Origin: the human T2T-CHM13v2.0 reference genome, Homo sapiens
Assembly: GCF_009914755.1 (NCBI RefSeq)
Contig: NC_060942.1
DNA: 64,000 nucleotides
Reading direction: 5' to 3' (one strand)
Below the pieces are notes generated by a model. That model was given only the letters and a program-made list of their open reading frames with translations, was not told where the DNA came from and made no database searches. Position 1 is the first letter of the stretch. Every line of letters begins with the position of its first letter. Positions 12,436 through 24,870 of the stretch are shown piece by piece. The translations under genes were made by a program, and so were the position numbers.

Positions 12436-15400
12436 TAACTTTTATTTTAGGTTCAGGGGTACCTGTGCTTGTTGGTTATATAGGTAAACTCATGTCACAG
12501 GGGTTTGTTGTACATATTATTCCATCATCCCATTACTAAACCTTATACCCACTAGTTATTTTTTCCTGTTCTTTTCCCTCCTCCCACCTTCTAGCCTCAA
12601 GTAGGCCCCAGTGTGTGTTCTTCCCCTCTATGTGTCCATGTAGTCTCATCATTTAGCACCCACTTATAAGTGAGAACATGCAGTATTTGGTTTTCTGTTT
12701 CTGTATTCGTTTGCTAAGGATAAAGGCCTCCAGCCCCATCCATGTTCCCGCAAAAGACATGGTCTCATTCTTTTTTATGGTTCCATGGTATTCCACGGTA
12801 TATATGAACCATGTTTTCTTTATCCAATCTGTCATTAATGGTCATTTATGTTGATTTCGTATCTTTGCTATTATGAATAGTGCTGCAGTGAACATTTGTG
12901 TGCATGTGCCTTTATGGTAGAATGATTTATATTCCTCTTGGTATATACCCAGTAATGGGATTGCTGGGTCACATGATGGTTCTGTTATAGCTCTCTGAGG
13001 AATCGCCGTCCTGCTTTCCATAATGGTTGAACTAATTTACCTTCCCACCAACAATGTATAAGCATTCCCTTTTCTCTACAACATCTCCAGCATCTGTTAT
13101 TTTTTTGAATTTTTAATAATAGCCATTGTGACTGGTGTGAGATGGTCATCTGTGGTTTTGATTTGCATTTCTCTAATGATCAGTGATGTTGAGCTTTTTT
13201 TCATATGCTTCTTGGCCTCATGCATGTCTTCTTTTGAAAGTGTCTGTTCATGTTCTTTGCCCACATTTATTTATTTATTTATTTATTTATTTGGATGGAG
13301 TCTCGCTCTGTCGCCCAGGCTGGAGTCCAGTGGTGCAATCTTGGCTCACTGCAAGCTCCACCTCCTGGGTTCATGCCATTCTTGCGCCTCAGCGTAGCTA
13401 GGACTACAGGCACCCGCCACCACACCTGGCTAATTTTTTGTTATTTTTAGTAGAGACGGGGTTTCGCCATGTTAGCCAGGATCTGCCTGCCTTGGCCTCC
13501 CAAAGTGCTGGGATTACAGGCATGAGCCACCGTGCCCGGCCCTTTGCCCACTTTTTAATGGGGTTGTTTGTTTTTCTCTTGTAAATGTGTTTAAGTTCTC
13601 TATAGATGTTGAATATTAGAACTTTGTCAGATGCATAGTTTGCAAATATTTTCTCCCATTTTGTAGGTTACATGTTTTCTCTGTTGCTAGTTTATTTTGC
13701 TGTGCAGAAACTCTTAAATTTAATTAGATCCCATTTGCCAGTTTTTGCTCTTGTTGTGATCGCTTTTGACATCTTTGTCATAAAATATTTGTCCATTCCT
13801 ATGTCCAAAATGGTATGGCTAAGGTTATCTTTCAGAGCTTTTATAGTTTGGGGTTTTACATTTAAGTCTTTAATCCACCTCATAGAAATAAAAATAACCA
13901 TCAGAGACTACTACAAAAACCTCTGTACACACAGACTTGAAATCCTAGGAGAGATGGATAAATTCCTGGACACACACATCTTTCTAAGACTAAACTAGGA
14001 AATTGATTCTCTGAACAGACCAATAATGAGCTCTGAAATTGAATTAGGAATAAATAGCATACCAAGCCACAAAACCCAAGGACCAGATGGGTTCACAGCC
14101 AAATTCTACCAGACATACAAAGAAGAGCTGATACCATTCCTACTGAAAATATTCTAAACAATTGAGGAGGAGGGACTCCTCCTTAACTCATTCTATGAAG
14201 CAAGCATCATCCTGAATCCAAAACCTGGCAGAGACACAGCACAAAAGGAAAACTTCAGGACATTATCCTTGATGAACACTGATGTAAAAATCCTCAACAG
14301 AATACTTGCAAACTGATTCAAGCAGCACATCAAAAAGCTAATCTACCATGATCAAGTAGGTTTCATCCCTGGGATGCAAGGTTGGTTCAACATATGCAAA
14401 TCAATAAAGTGATTCATCACATAAACAGAACTAAAGACAAAAACCACAGGATTATCTCGATAGATGCAGAAAAGGCTCTTGATAAAATTCAGCATCCCTT
14501 CATGTTAAAAAATCCCAGTAAACTGGATATTAAAGGAACATTCCTCAAAATAATGAGAGCTATCATCTATGACAAACCCGCAGCCAACTAATGGGCAAAA
14601 GCTGGAAGAATTTCCCTTGAAAACCAGCACAAAAAAGGATGTCCTCTGTCACCACTCTTATTCAACATAGTATTGGAAGTCCTGGCCAGGGTGGTCAGGC
14701 AAGCGAAAGAAATAAAAAGGAACCCAAATAGGAATAGAGGAAGTCAAGCTATCCTTGTTTGCAGACAACATGATCCTGTATTAGGAAACCAAAGAGTCTC
14801 AGCCCCAAAGCTCCTTAAGCTGATAATCAACTTCAGTGAAGTCTCAGGGTAAAAAAAACAAATGTATAAAAACCACTAGCATTCCTATACACCAAGCATA
14901 GCCAAGCCAGGAGCAATCCCATTCACAGTTGCCACAAAAAATGAATAAAATACCTAGGAATACAGCTACCCAGGGAGGTGAAAGATCTCTACAAGGAGAG
15001 TTACAAAACACTGCTCAAAGAAATCAAAGAAAACACAAACAAATGGAAAAACATTCCATTCTCATAGATAGGTTAAATTAATATCATTAAAATGGCCATA
15101 CTGCTCCGAACAATGTACAGATTCTATGCTATTCCTATTAAACTACCAATGACATTTGTCCAATAACTAGAAAAAACTATTTTAAAATTCATATGGAACC
15201 AAAAAAAGAGCCTGAATAGCCAAGGCAATCCTAAGCAAAAAGAACACAGCTGAAGGCATCGCATTACCCGACTTCAAACTATTCTATACAGTAACCAAAA
15301 CAGCATGGTACTGGTCCAAAAACAGGCACATAGACCAAAGCTACAGAATAGAGAACCCAGAAATAAGGCCACACATCTATGACCATCTAATCTCCAACAA

Positions 15401-15531
15401 AGCTGACAAAAACAAACAGTGGGAAAAAGACTCCCTATTAAATAAATAGTGCTGGGATAACTGGCTAGCCACATACAGAAGATTAAAAATGGACCTCATC
15501 CTTACATGTATACAAAAATCAACTCAAGATG
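12436..15531 (-). mobile_element. 5'-truncated, 5'-inverted (twin-primed) L1PA13-15-like element
   Basis: Antisense 3'UTR/ORF2 end at 12436-13880, then sense ORF2 (RT region) at 13881-15531. 16-bp TSD gaagttg(c/g)tgcttctt at 12420-12435 and 15532-15547. Confidence 0.92.
13266..13541 (-). mobile_element. AluY-like SINE with (TTTA)n tail and two internal deletions, inside L1
   Basis: Alu sequence with ctgcaagctcc, gccattct and gttagccaggat diagnostics. TSD ctttgcccac at 13255-13264 / 13542-13551. Confidence 0.92.
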
Positions 15532-15984
15532 GAAGTTGGTGCTTCTTACGTGCCTGATTCCAGAGCTCACACAACTTCATTTCACCCCATCTGTTTGGAC
15601 AAAGCAAGTCCAAAGGCCAGGCCAAGGCCAGGGCTGGGTAAATGGATTTCCTCTCTTACTGGGAAGAGCTTCAAAACCTTGCAGCTATGATTTCCAATCT
15701 ACCGCAATTGTCACTTTATGGCAACGTCACTCTTCAGGGACACGCTGTGACTCCACTATCTCCATTTAATAATCTCACAATCTTGAGATAACAAACACAA
15801 ATACCTTTTAATCAAACCATTGGTATCTATTAATATGTGCTTCTCCTTTTAGCCTCACTCCTCACTCTAGACCAACTGAAGGAGAATCTTGAGAGCTATA
15901 GCCCAGACTTTGGCATTTTTAGCAAGGACCATAGCTGACTCAGATACCCACTGATGTTTTAGAACCATTATAATAATGTTTAGA

Positions 15985-16180
15985 TGTACCAAGGAGTGCC
16001 CAGAGAAAAGTGACTTGCCTATTCTCCTCCTAATGTTTCTCATTTTGTAGAAAATCATGATAATAATCACCTCCTAGTGTTTTTATGACATAGCTGTGAA
16101 TAAATGTTGGAAAAATATACGCAGCATGGAACAAATGAGACCTTTCATTGTTATTTTTACTATTGTTATTACTGTAGTTA
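15985..16180 (+). mobile_element. MIR relic(s)
   Basis: aagtgacttgcc and tttctcattttgtagaaaat...ataataatcacct resemble the MIR core, with a (TTA)-rich tail. Confidence 0.5.
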
Positions 16181-17629
16181 TTAACACCATGAGTATTAAT
16201 AGAAGAACAATGTGAACTCCACAAGGATAAGAAATGTTTGTGGTTTAAAACTATATTTAGAATAGTATTTGGCATAGAGTAGATGTTCAATACTTATTTA
16301 TTGCGAGCATAACACTTACTACTAGAATCTATCAAGTGCTTATTATTTTTTAATAGAAAATGCTGTCCATGATAACCCTTTGGCAAATATTCTCTTCATC
16401 CATCTTTTACGCATGCTGTTTCATATGACTTGTATAATTTATCATGCTTCTCATGTGTACAGGGCAAAACTGATGCATGGTCCCTGCCCTCATTGAGTGT
16501 AAACCTCACAGAAGCAACAAGAAACATGCACTTAGAAAAGATGTGTTTGCTCCCTGTCAAATCATTGCTTTTAATGGAGAGTTCTGTATATGATCTGCGG
16601 AGCATTACAGCTTCGGATGATGACAAAGATTTTACAGAGAACATGGAACCTGTCCTGGCCTTGGAGAGATTCAGAAGAGACAGTGGGGAAGTCAAGAACA
16701 GCATGAGTGAAAGTGTAGCTGTGGTAATGAACAAGGGCTTTTGTGGGGAAATGAGAGAGCTGTGTGGGATAGAGGCATAGGACAGGCAAACGTCGGATAC
16801 AGGATTGTAGAAGTGGACTGAGCTCAGCATGTGGGAATTAGAGGCCATGACCTTCACAAAGGCTTTTAAGGAAGAGAATGTTGTTATAAAATGTGTTTGG
16901 GTTTGCAAGACCAATTCAGGTGTGTATCCGGAAGGCAAGGGCCAGGCTGACTTTATCTGGGGTCAGATTCCTGATTGCTCTGAGTAAACAGGGGCTGGCT
17001 TGAGGAAGATATCTGGACAGAAGACCGTAAACAGGTATCTCCTCCCTCATTCTCTGGTTCCCCTCTCCATCCACATACCCAGATCACAATTGCAGTTTTG
17101 CTGCAATCACATTTCTGCCAGGAAAACTTCCCCACGTTTTAAATTCCACTTTGATCTACTTCTTGTTCCAGTTCCCAATTAAAGCTGCAGTTATAGAACT
17201 AGGTGTCCTGGCTCAGTGTGAAATACTATGAAATTTGTAGTAATTAATGATTAGTATGATAGCTATGAGTTATTAATGACATTAGAAAGAGCAAGATAAT
17301 GTCATCATTACATCTTTATAACAGTGTGAGGAGGTATAAAAATAGCAATTGCCATAATGATAGCTTCTGTAATAGGGAGATAGAAGGTATTTTTGATAAT
17401 AGATCAGTGAGAAAGAAAAGCTGGGAAGTGTCTGAGAAGATGATTGAATGTAGAAAGTTGTTAGTGATCTGGAAAAAAGCATGAGCCTAGAAGGACCATG
17501 TAACTCAAATAACACATCCTCTGAAAATATCAGCATTAGTCAACAGAGCTGCTTGGACCTCAGTAGGCAAGGGATGGAGTGTTAGGGCTTCCCTCTTGAC
17601 TGGGGGAGCGGGAAACCAATGGTGGTGCC

Positions 17630-18690
17630 AACAACTCTTCAATACACAAGAGATTTCATTGTGTTTAAACCCCTAATTGTGAAAACATGCAAACAAGTAA
17701 AAGAAAAAACACATAGAAATAATTATATTAAAATTATAAAACACATATTACAAACATTTTAAATCTTCACTGAAGGGCTTTAAAAACTACAAATAGTCAT
17801 TTTATGCTCCCAGATGAGAAGATGTGGGTGCTAATATCCATTTTCCCAAATTAAATAACACATTTGATACTTTCAAGCAGAACAATCCATTTTAATGGTA
17901 ACCAACATTTTAAAATAAATTTACCAAGTAAATTCTCCAGTACATATGGTACAGAAAATGTCTGTCTATTTAACATATTTTCCAGAAAGTATAACATGAG
18001 TAGTGTTCCAGATATTAACACATATTAAAAATGTTAGTAATTAAAACAATTGATATTGTTGTAAGATAGATGAATGGAGGAAAAAAACAAATAAATTTAT
18101 TCATATTATTGTGGAAATGTACCTAGTTATAGCTGATATTTTAAATCAGTATAGAAATAGTAGACAGAGAAAAAAAATGTTTGGGATATTTGGAAATGTA
18201 TTTGGAAAACAGAAAGTAAGTTTCCATATTTATGCATGCCTTATAGATAATAAGCCAAAGTGTAAAAAATAATGTGATTACAGGAACATTTAAAATTTTT
18301 AGTGATATGGTAGAAAATTGTTTAACATTGAAACAAAGAAGTCCACCTTAAATGAGATATAAAGACAGATGTTGAAAATCACTGAATAATTTGATGCATT
18401 AAAGAAAATACAATTTGGAAAGAAGAGAGCTTACAATTTAAGTACAGTCACAAAAAAGAAATCCAAATGAAGAATAGATATATCAAGTGCCTGATTTTAC
18501 ATTTAATACAAAAATAAAAATTAAAAGATATGTGATAATTGGATATATAACATTTTAAGGCAAAATAATAATTGAGAATTTGAGGAAATAAATATTAATT
18601 TATCTTTGAAAATGAACTGTAAAAATGGTAAAATATTTTTGTAGAATGTAAATTAGTTTTTAAAATTGTCTCAGCAAAATTGAATTTTTT
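17630..18690 (+). mobile_element. Old L1M ORF2 3' relic (sense)
   Basis: A-rich decayed ORF2 motifs (ttcccaaattaaata, taattaaaacaattgatattg, ttgggatatttggaaatgtatttggaaaa). Confidence 0.55.
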
Positions 18691-18719
18691 TTCTGATGGG
18701 CATTTCTTTGAATTTTAAC

Positions 18720-21700
18720 ACAGAAATAGATTTATTTCATTCTGTTGTTGTGTGGTATGCCACTATATGGACAAACAGATTATTTAGCCATTCTCCTATT
18801 AAAGGATGTCTCTATGATTTCCCCCTTTCATTCCTTGCATTGGTAATTTGTTTCTTCTCTACTTTTGCTTTCTTACTAGAGGTGCATTAATTCATTTGAT
18901 CTCTTCAAGGAACCAGCTTTTGTTTTCATTAATTTTCTTTATTGTTTTTCTGGTTTTTATGTAATTGCTTTCAGTTTCTAGTTGTTATTTTTTTCCTTCT
19001 GTTTGTTTCGGACTTATTTTTTCTTCCTTTTATAGTTTCTTTAGGTTTATTTTGCTCTTCTTTTTATAGTCTTTTGAGGTGTAAGCTTAGATTATTGATT
19101 CAAAGAAACTGTTTTCTAACAGAAGTATTTGATGTTATGTAATTCCCCCTAAGCCATGCCTTAGCTGTATCATACTAATTTAGATATGTTGTATTTTCAT
19201 TTGTGTTCAAAAAGTTTTCTAGTTTCCCTGGAAGTATCAATAATTTATAACCATGTTTTCTACGTTTCAATTATTTGGAGATGTTCATGTTTTCTGTCAT
19301 TGACCTGTTATTTCTTTTCATTATGGTCAGAAAATATACTTTGTATGATTTCAGTTTATTTAAACATGTTAAAGTTTATGACCCAAAATATAACTTATCA
19401 TGGGGAATGTTTCATGTATATTCTATTGTTGATAGAGTACTATGTAAATGTCAAATTGTTCTGGTTAGTTGATGGTATTATTCAATTTTTTTTTAATCCT
19501 TGTTGATATGTTTTTTGTTTACCAGTTCTGTCTATTGCTGGGTGAGGAGTGTTGAAATCTTCAATTATTATGTGCATTTGTCTCTATTAATATGCATTTA
19601 TAAATGTAAGGTTTTTTTTTTTTTACAGACTCTCAATTCTATTCCATTCATCTGTGTCTCTCCTATCTTTATCCTAGTATTACATTATCATGAGTACCAT
19701 AATTTAGTGTTAACTATTGGAATTGGAAAGTGTGAATCTTCCAACTTTGTTCTTTTTTCGAGATTGATTTGGCTGTTTTGAATTTCATGCATCCTCATGC
19801 TAATGTTAGACTAGCTGGTTAATTTCTTTTCACTTTTCCTCAAAAGACAAGAAAAAGGCCAGTTGTCATTTTGCTAGCAGTTGCATTGGATCTATAGATC
19901 AATTTCAGAAGTATTCTGGTCTTAAAGGTATTGTGTCTTCTGACCCTACTATTCCAAGAATATGGGATATGCGTGCTATGCTTATATTGACCTTTTGTTC
20001 CAAACTCTGTTTAATTTCCTTACTTTTAGAAATTTTTCTTATTGATTTGTTAGTGTTTCTACACAAATGATCATGCTGTTCATGAATGAAGTCTATTTTA
20101 ATAGTTTTTCTAAACTTTATGCTGTTTATTTTCTTTAATTATTTATAGAACTACCAGTACAATATTACATTAAAATAAAGAGAGCGAATATACTTGACTT
20201 ATTCAGATCTTAGGGGAAAATATTCAGGTTTTTATCATTAATTTGTTGTTACCTATGGATGTTCCACTGATGTCTATGCATTAGATTAAGGAAGTTACTT
20301 TCCATTTATTATTTGCTAAAATATTTTATTATGAATGGATGTTGAATTTTATCATATGCTTTTCAGAATCTATTGGGAGGATCACAAATATTCTATAATT
20401 AAGATAAATTATATTGATCAATTTTTGAATATTCACCCAATCTTGCTTACCTATGTTAAAATCCATTTTAAATATTATATTTTTATATGATGTTGGATTT
20501 TATTTGCTAATATTTTGTCAACTATTGTCCTTCCTTTCTTTCTCCCTTCTTTTATCTTATTTTCTCTCTCTCTTTCCCCTCTCTGGAACAGGGTAATGTT
20601 GGTCTCAAAAAACGTGTTAAAAAATGTTCCTTCAACTTATATTTCTGAAAGAGGTGAATAGGATTAGAATTATTTTATTCTTAAATATATGATAGAACTT
20701 ACTAGTGGGGCTATTTGAGCCTAGAATTATCTGTGGGAAAGGTGTTTTTTTTTCCTTTTTCTTTTTTTTTTGTGTGTGTTTGAAATTAATAATTTAACTT
20801 CTTCAATGGATAGAGAAATACTTCTACTTTTTATTTGTTCAGTTTTAGTGATTTTTATTTTTCAACTATTTTGGCCATTTAATCTAAATTTGTAAAATTA
20901 TGAATATAAAATTGTTCATAATACTTATTTAGTATCTATAGAATCTGTAATGATAAACTCTTATTATTGACATTGATAATTTGCATCTTTTTTCTGTTTA
21001 CTCTTGATCAAACTTGACAAAGCTTTATAATTTTATTAACTTTTTAAAAACTCTAAATTTTATTGCTTGTCTTTTTTATGTTTTTAGTTGATAAGTCATT
21101 GATTTCTGCTTATTGTTTTTTCCTTTAATTTGTCTTATAGTTACATTGCTCTTTCTTTTTTTGCTTCCTAAGATGGAAGCTTAAATCATTTTTGGACTTT
21201 ATTGCCTTTTGGCTTAAGTATTTAAAATTACATATTTAATATCTACTTAAGGTGCATCTTACAAATATTTATTTTGTTTACTTCATAACATATTCCAATT
21301 TTCTATATGGTTTCTTTGTTTGCTATGGTTTATGTATGAGTGTTTTATTTGATGTCATAATATCTTGATATTTATTTTATTTTTTTCTGATTTCTTAATT
21401 TCTAATTAAATTCCATTGTGTCAGAAAAAAATTCTCTATATGATTTAAATATTTTAAATATATCAAGGCTTGTTTTGTCACCCAACACACGTGGTATATA
21501 TTATTAAATGTTAATGGGCACAGGAATATAATGTGTATTCTGCTGTTGGTTGGAATGCTCCATAAAGTTCAAATTTGCAAAGATTGTCACAGAGTTAAAG
21601 TCCTTCCTATCTTCAATGGATTTTCTGTTTATTCTATCAGTTATTGACAAAAAATATTGAAGCTTTAGATATAATTCTTAAATTTTCTATTTTTGCTTTC

Positions 21701-24115
21701 AGTTTTGTTAGTTTTTTTCTTCATGCGTTTTGAAGATCTGTTATTGTATGTATACATGTTAAAATTGTGGTATCTTGTTGAACTGACACTTTTATCATTA
21801 ACAATATTCTTCTTTATTCCTGGCATTATTTCTTGTTTTGAAATCAAACTTGTCTCATATTAATATAGCCCAGTGTGTCTTTATAATTAATGTGGGTTTC
21901 TTATAGAAAATGTATAGTACTGTCTTACATTTGTAGCCAAACTTACATTTTTCTTTTATTTGAAGAATTTAGATGGTTTCCTTTAAATGAAGTTACTAAT
22001 TTGGTTGTGTTAAGTCTATCAACATATTGTTTATTTCATCTGTTTTTGTTCTTTCCCCCCTTTTCCCACTTTCTTTCTAATGTTTTAAAGATTACATTTT
22101 ATGTACAAAATTAGGTTATTAAAAACATCACGTCACTTTAATTTTAGAGTAAGGTTGAAAAAATTATAACCCATGGACAAAAACTAGCCAGCTGTTATAT
22201 AAAGTTTATGAAAACACAGTAATGCACCTTTGTTTACGTACTGGGCATAGCTGTTTCATGCTACAACATTAGCACTGAATAGCTGCAACAGAAACTATAT
22301 GGCTCACAAAGCCTAAAATATTTGCTGCCTGGCCTTTCACAGAATAAGTTTGCTGATCCTGCTCTGGAATAAATAATATACACTTTTAAATTATTATTAT
22401 TTGAGCTATTTTACCATTTCACATATAAGTTTTAACTACAACATACTTTTATTTCTCTTCTCCTTTGTGCTATTTTCATAAAAATTACTTACATATATAA
22501 GACCTAGAAATATTTCCACTACTTTTTCTTTAAATAGTCAAATATTTGTAAACATCAAGAAGACATAGAAATAAGGACCTTCATATGTGCTCATACTTTC
22601 CAGTTGGAATTATTTTATTTTTGCTTTAAAAACTTCTGTTATTTTTTTCAGGCAGGCCAGTTTTGTTTGCAATAATTTTTCTCATTTTTTTGTTTTTCTA
22701 AAAATGTCTTTAATTTGCCTTAATATTTGGGCAAATTATAGGTTGACAGGATCAGCACTTTGAACACATTATTCCATTGACTTCTGTCTTGCATAATTTT
22801 TTATGCAAAGTCTGTGATTATATTCTCTTTGTCTCTTTCTGTTTTCCCCCTTCTGGATGCTTTTAAAACTTTATCTTTGTTTTTCATTTACAGAGATTTA
22901 ATTATGTTGTGTCTTGGTGTGATTTTTCTTTGTGTTTATCCTGCTTACATTTTAATGAAGTAAATGGTCTCTGAGTTCATAATTTTTATAAAATTAAAAA
23001 ATGTACCATTATTTCTTCAAATAATTTCTATGTTCCTTATTCCTTATGGAACTTCAATTACTAATATATTAGACCTCTTAATATTGTCCCACAGGTCAAA
23101 GATACTCTGTTCATGTTTGTTTTTTAAATTTTTTTCTGTGTTATTTCATTTTGAATAATTTCTATCACTGTCTTTAAGTCCACTGACATTTCTTCTGTAG
23201 AAATGGTTTACTGTCCAAAAAATCCTGTGAGATTTTCATTTCAGATAGTGTATCTACATCTCTATATGTTCCATTTTATTCTCTCCTCATTCATTTTTTT
23301 TAAAAAATAGCTATTTTAAAGTTCTTCCCTACTAATTCCATCTCTCAAAAAATTATTTCTGAATCTTTCTGTTTACTAATTTGTTTTATCCTGGTAACGT
23401 GATGTTTAGAGTATTAAGTGTATGAAATTTGTTTTCCTTCTATAGAAAACTTTGCTCTTTATTCTGTTAGATAGTTAAATAATTGTTTAGTTCATTTCGA
23501 TGTTTTTGAATCTTGCTTAGTTAGTCAAGGTCTAGAGTAGCCTTTAATCTGGGAGTGTTTAGCTGGCTATTGAGGTATGACCCTCTTGGTGTTCCTGTTA
23601 AATGCCATAAGTAATGGTTATCTTCTTTGGCTGAACAATTTTTGGTAGGAACTGAAGCAATTCCTGGTATGCGTGATTTACGGAATCTAGACGGCTTACC
23701 TGACCTATTGTTCACCATATCCAGCATGTATTATTATTCAGCTCAAGGAAAAATATGCACATTTTAAAGTTGTTTTTCTCCATGGTTTCTTTCATTCTGG
23801 AGCTCTGCCCTGCAATTTCTGGCCACCTATGATTCCCTGAACTTTAATCTCTATCTCCTGAACTCAATAAGACAGCAATGTTCTGCTTGGAAGCTTTCCT
23901 TCACTCCAGTATGGAATGTTCCCCTCCATAGAACAAAGCCAGGACAATGTTGGGCTCAACTCTTTGATTCCCTTCTCTAAGGGATTAGAGTTCTGCACTG
24001 CTAGTTTTTTAATGTCTGGAAAAGTGTTGCTTTATATATTTTTTTTCCAGTTATCTTGTTTAACATCAGAAATTAGATACAGTTCCTGCTGCTCCATTAT
24101 GGCCAAAAACGAAAA
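18720..24115 (-). mobile_element. Composite old L1M (L1MC/MD/ME-like) tract, antisense: ORF2 through ORF1/5' region
   Basis: T-rich strand with hallmark antisense L1 motifs (aagaaccagctttt-like, ggatctatagatcaattt, aatggatgttgaattttatca, ttgctaatattttgt, atttcttcaaata). At least two fragments, joined near 19595. Confidence 0.8.
22150..22361 (+). mobile_element. MER58A (hAT-Charlie MITE) inserted in L1M
   Basis: taaagtttatgaaaacacag...tttgtttacgta...gcaacagaaactatatggctcacaaagcctaaaatatttgctgcctggcctttcacagaataagtttgctgatcctg. Degenerate NTCTAGAN-type flanks. Confidence 0.8.
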
Positions 24116-24180
24116 AAGTAAAGTCTTTTTAAAAGTAAATTGGAAGTATCTAAACAAAATTTCAATTTATATTTTATATA

Positions 24181-24420
24181 TAGGGCCTCCCCTAAACATT
24201 GGCAGGGTCTGATATAAAAGCACAAATGGAGGAATTTATATCATATGTCAAAATATTTAAAAGTTATAAATCAAGCTAACATAATGTTACATGAAATATA
24301 TTCTATCAACTTGACAAAAATAATTAAATAGAAATCTGGAAGGCCAGTTTGAAATTTGCAGTTCCCAGACTCCTTCAAGTTCCATCCTAGTCATCCCTTT
24401 CCCCTGAGCACTTTAAGGAG
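24181..24420 (+). mobile_element. hAT DNA transposon relic, MER96B-like
   Basis: agggcctcccctaaacattggcagggt...acaaatggagg...aatatttaaaagttataaatcaagctaac...ctggaaggccag matches a recalled consensus. Subfamily uncertain. Confidence 0.5.
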
Positions 24421-24801
24421 CCTTTTACATAGGCATATGGAAGCTATGCCAGCAAGTCTGTGGTTGTGTACAAACCTAGTCTTGTCTTCCCCAGGGTGGC
24501 AGTGGAGTGGTGGGGAGGTGGTTATGAATGAAAGTGAGTTTTTCTGTTTTTGTTTTCATTGTATACTAGGCATGGTTTGAATATTTTATAAAAAACAGTG
24601 ATTTCATTTAATGTTTGTAAAATTATATATACACACATATGCATATATATAAACCTTCTTCAAACATGTAACTTTAATGAGAAAGTCTATGAAATCTATA
24701 ACTGAAATTGCTTTTTTCCCCTTCAGTATAGGTGCATTTACCAAACTCAACGGTCCAAGCTAATGTAAATTATTTTGTATACATATGACAGGATGAATGA
24801 A

Positions 24802-24802
24802 T

Positions 24803-24858
<56 letters not shown>

Positions 24859-24870
24859 AAGAGAGAGAGA
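24802..24870. repeat. Compound (TG)13(AG)n microsatellite
   Basis: Directly visible. Confidence 0.97.

Larger units (their letters stand above)
12188..15690 (-). mobile_element. MLT1 (ERVL-MaLR) LTR split by an L1 insertion (pieces 12188-12419 and 15548-15690)
   Basis: tcagttattgagtgctgtgtaaaaaatcact...ggtccaagatgacc on the left resumes after the L1 TSD as ...cacaacttcatttcac...ggacaaagcaagtc...gggaagagc. Confidence 0.65.

Noticed and set aside
16396-16938. Longest ORF (180 aa, minus strand) with an overlapping 116-aa plus-strand ORF
   Set aside because: No recognisable domain. The DNA has L2-like texture (atggtccctgccctca, ttttacagagaa...ggccttgga), there is no promoter or convincing splice context, and the length is within chance range.
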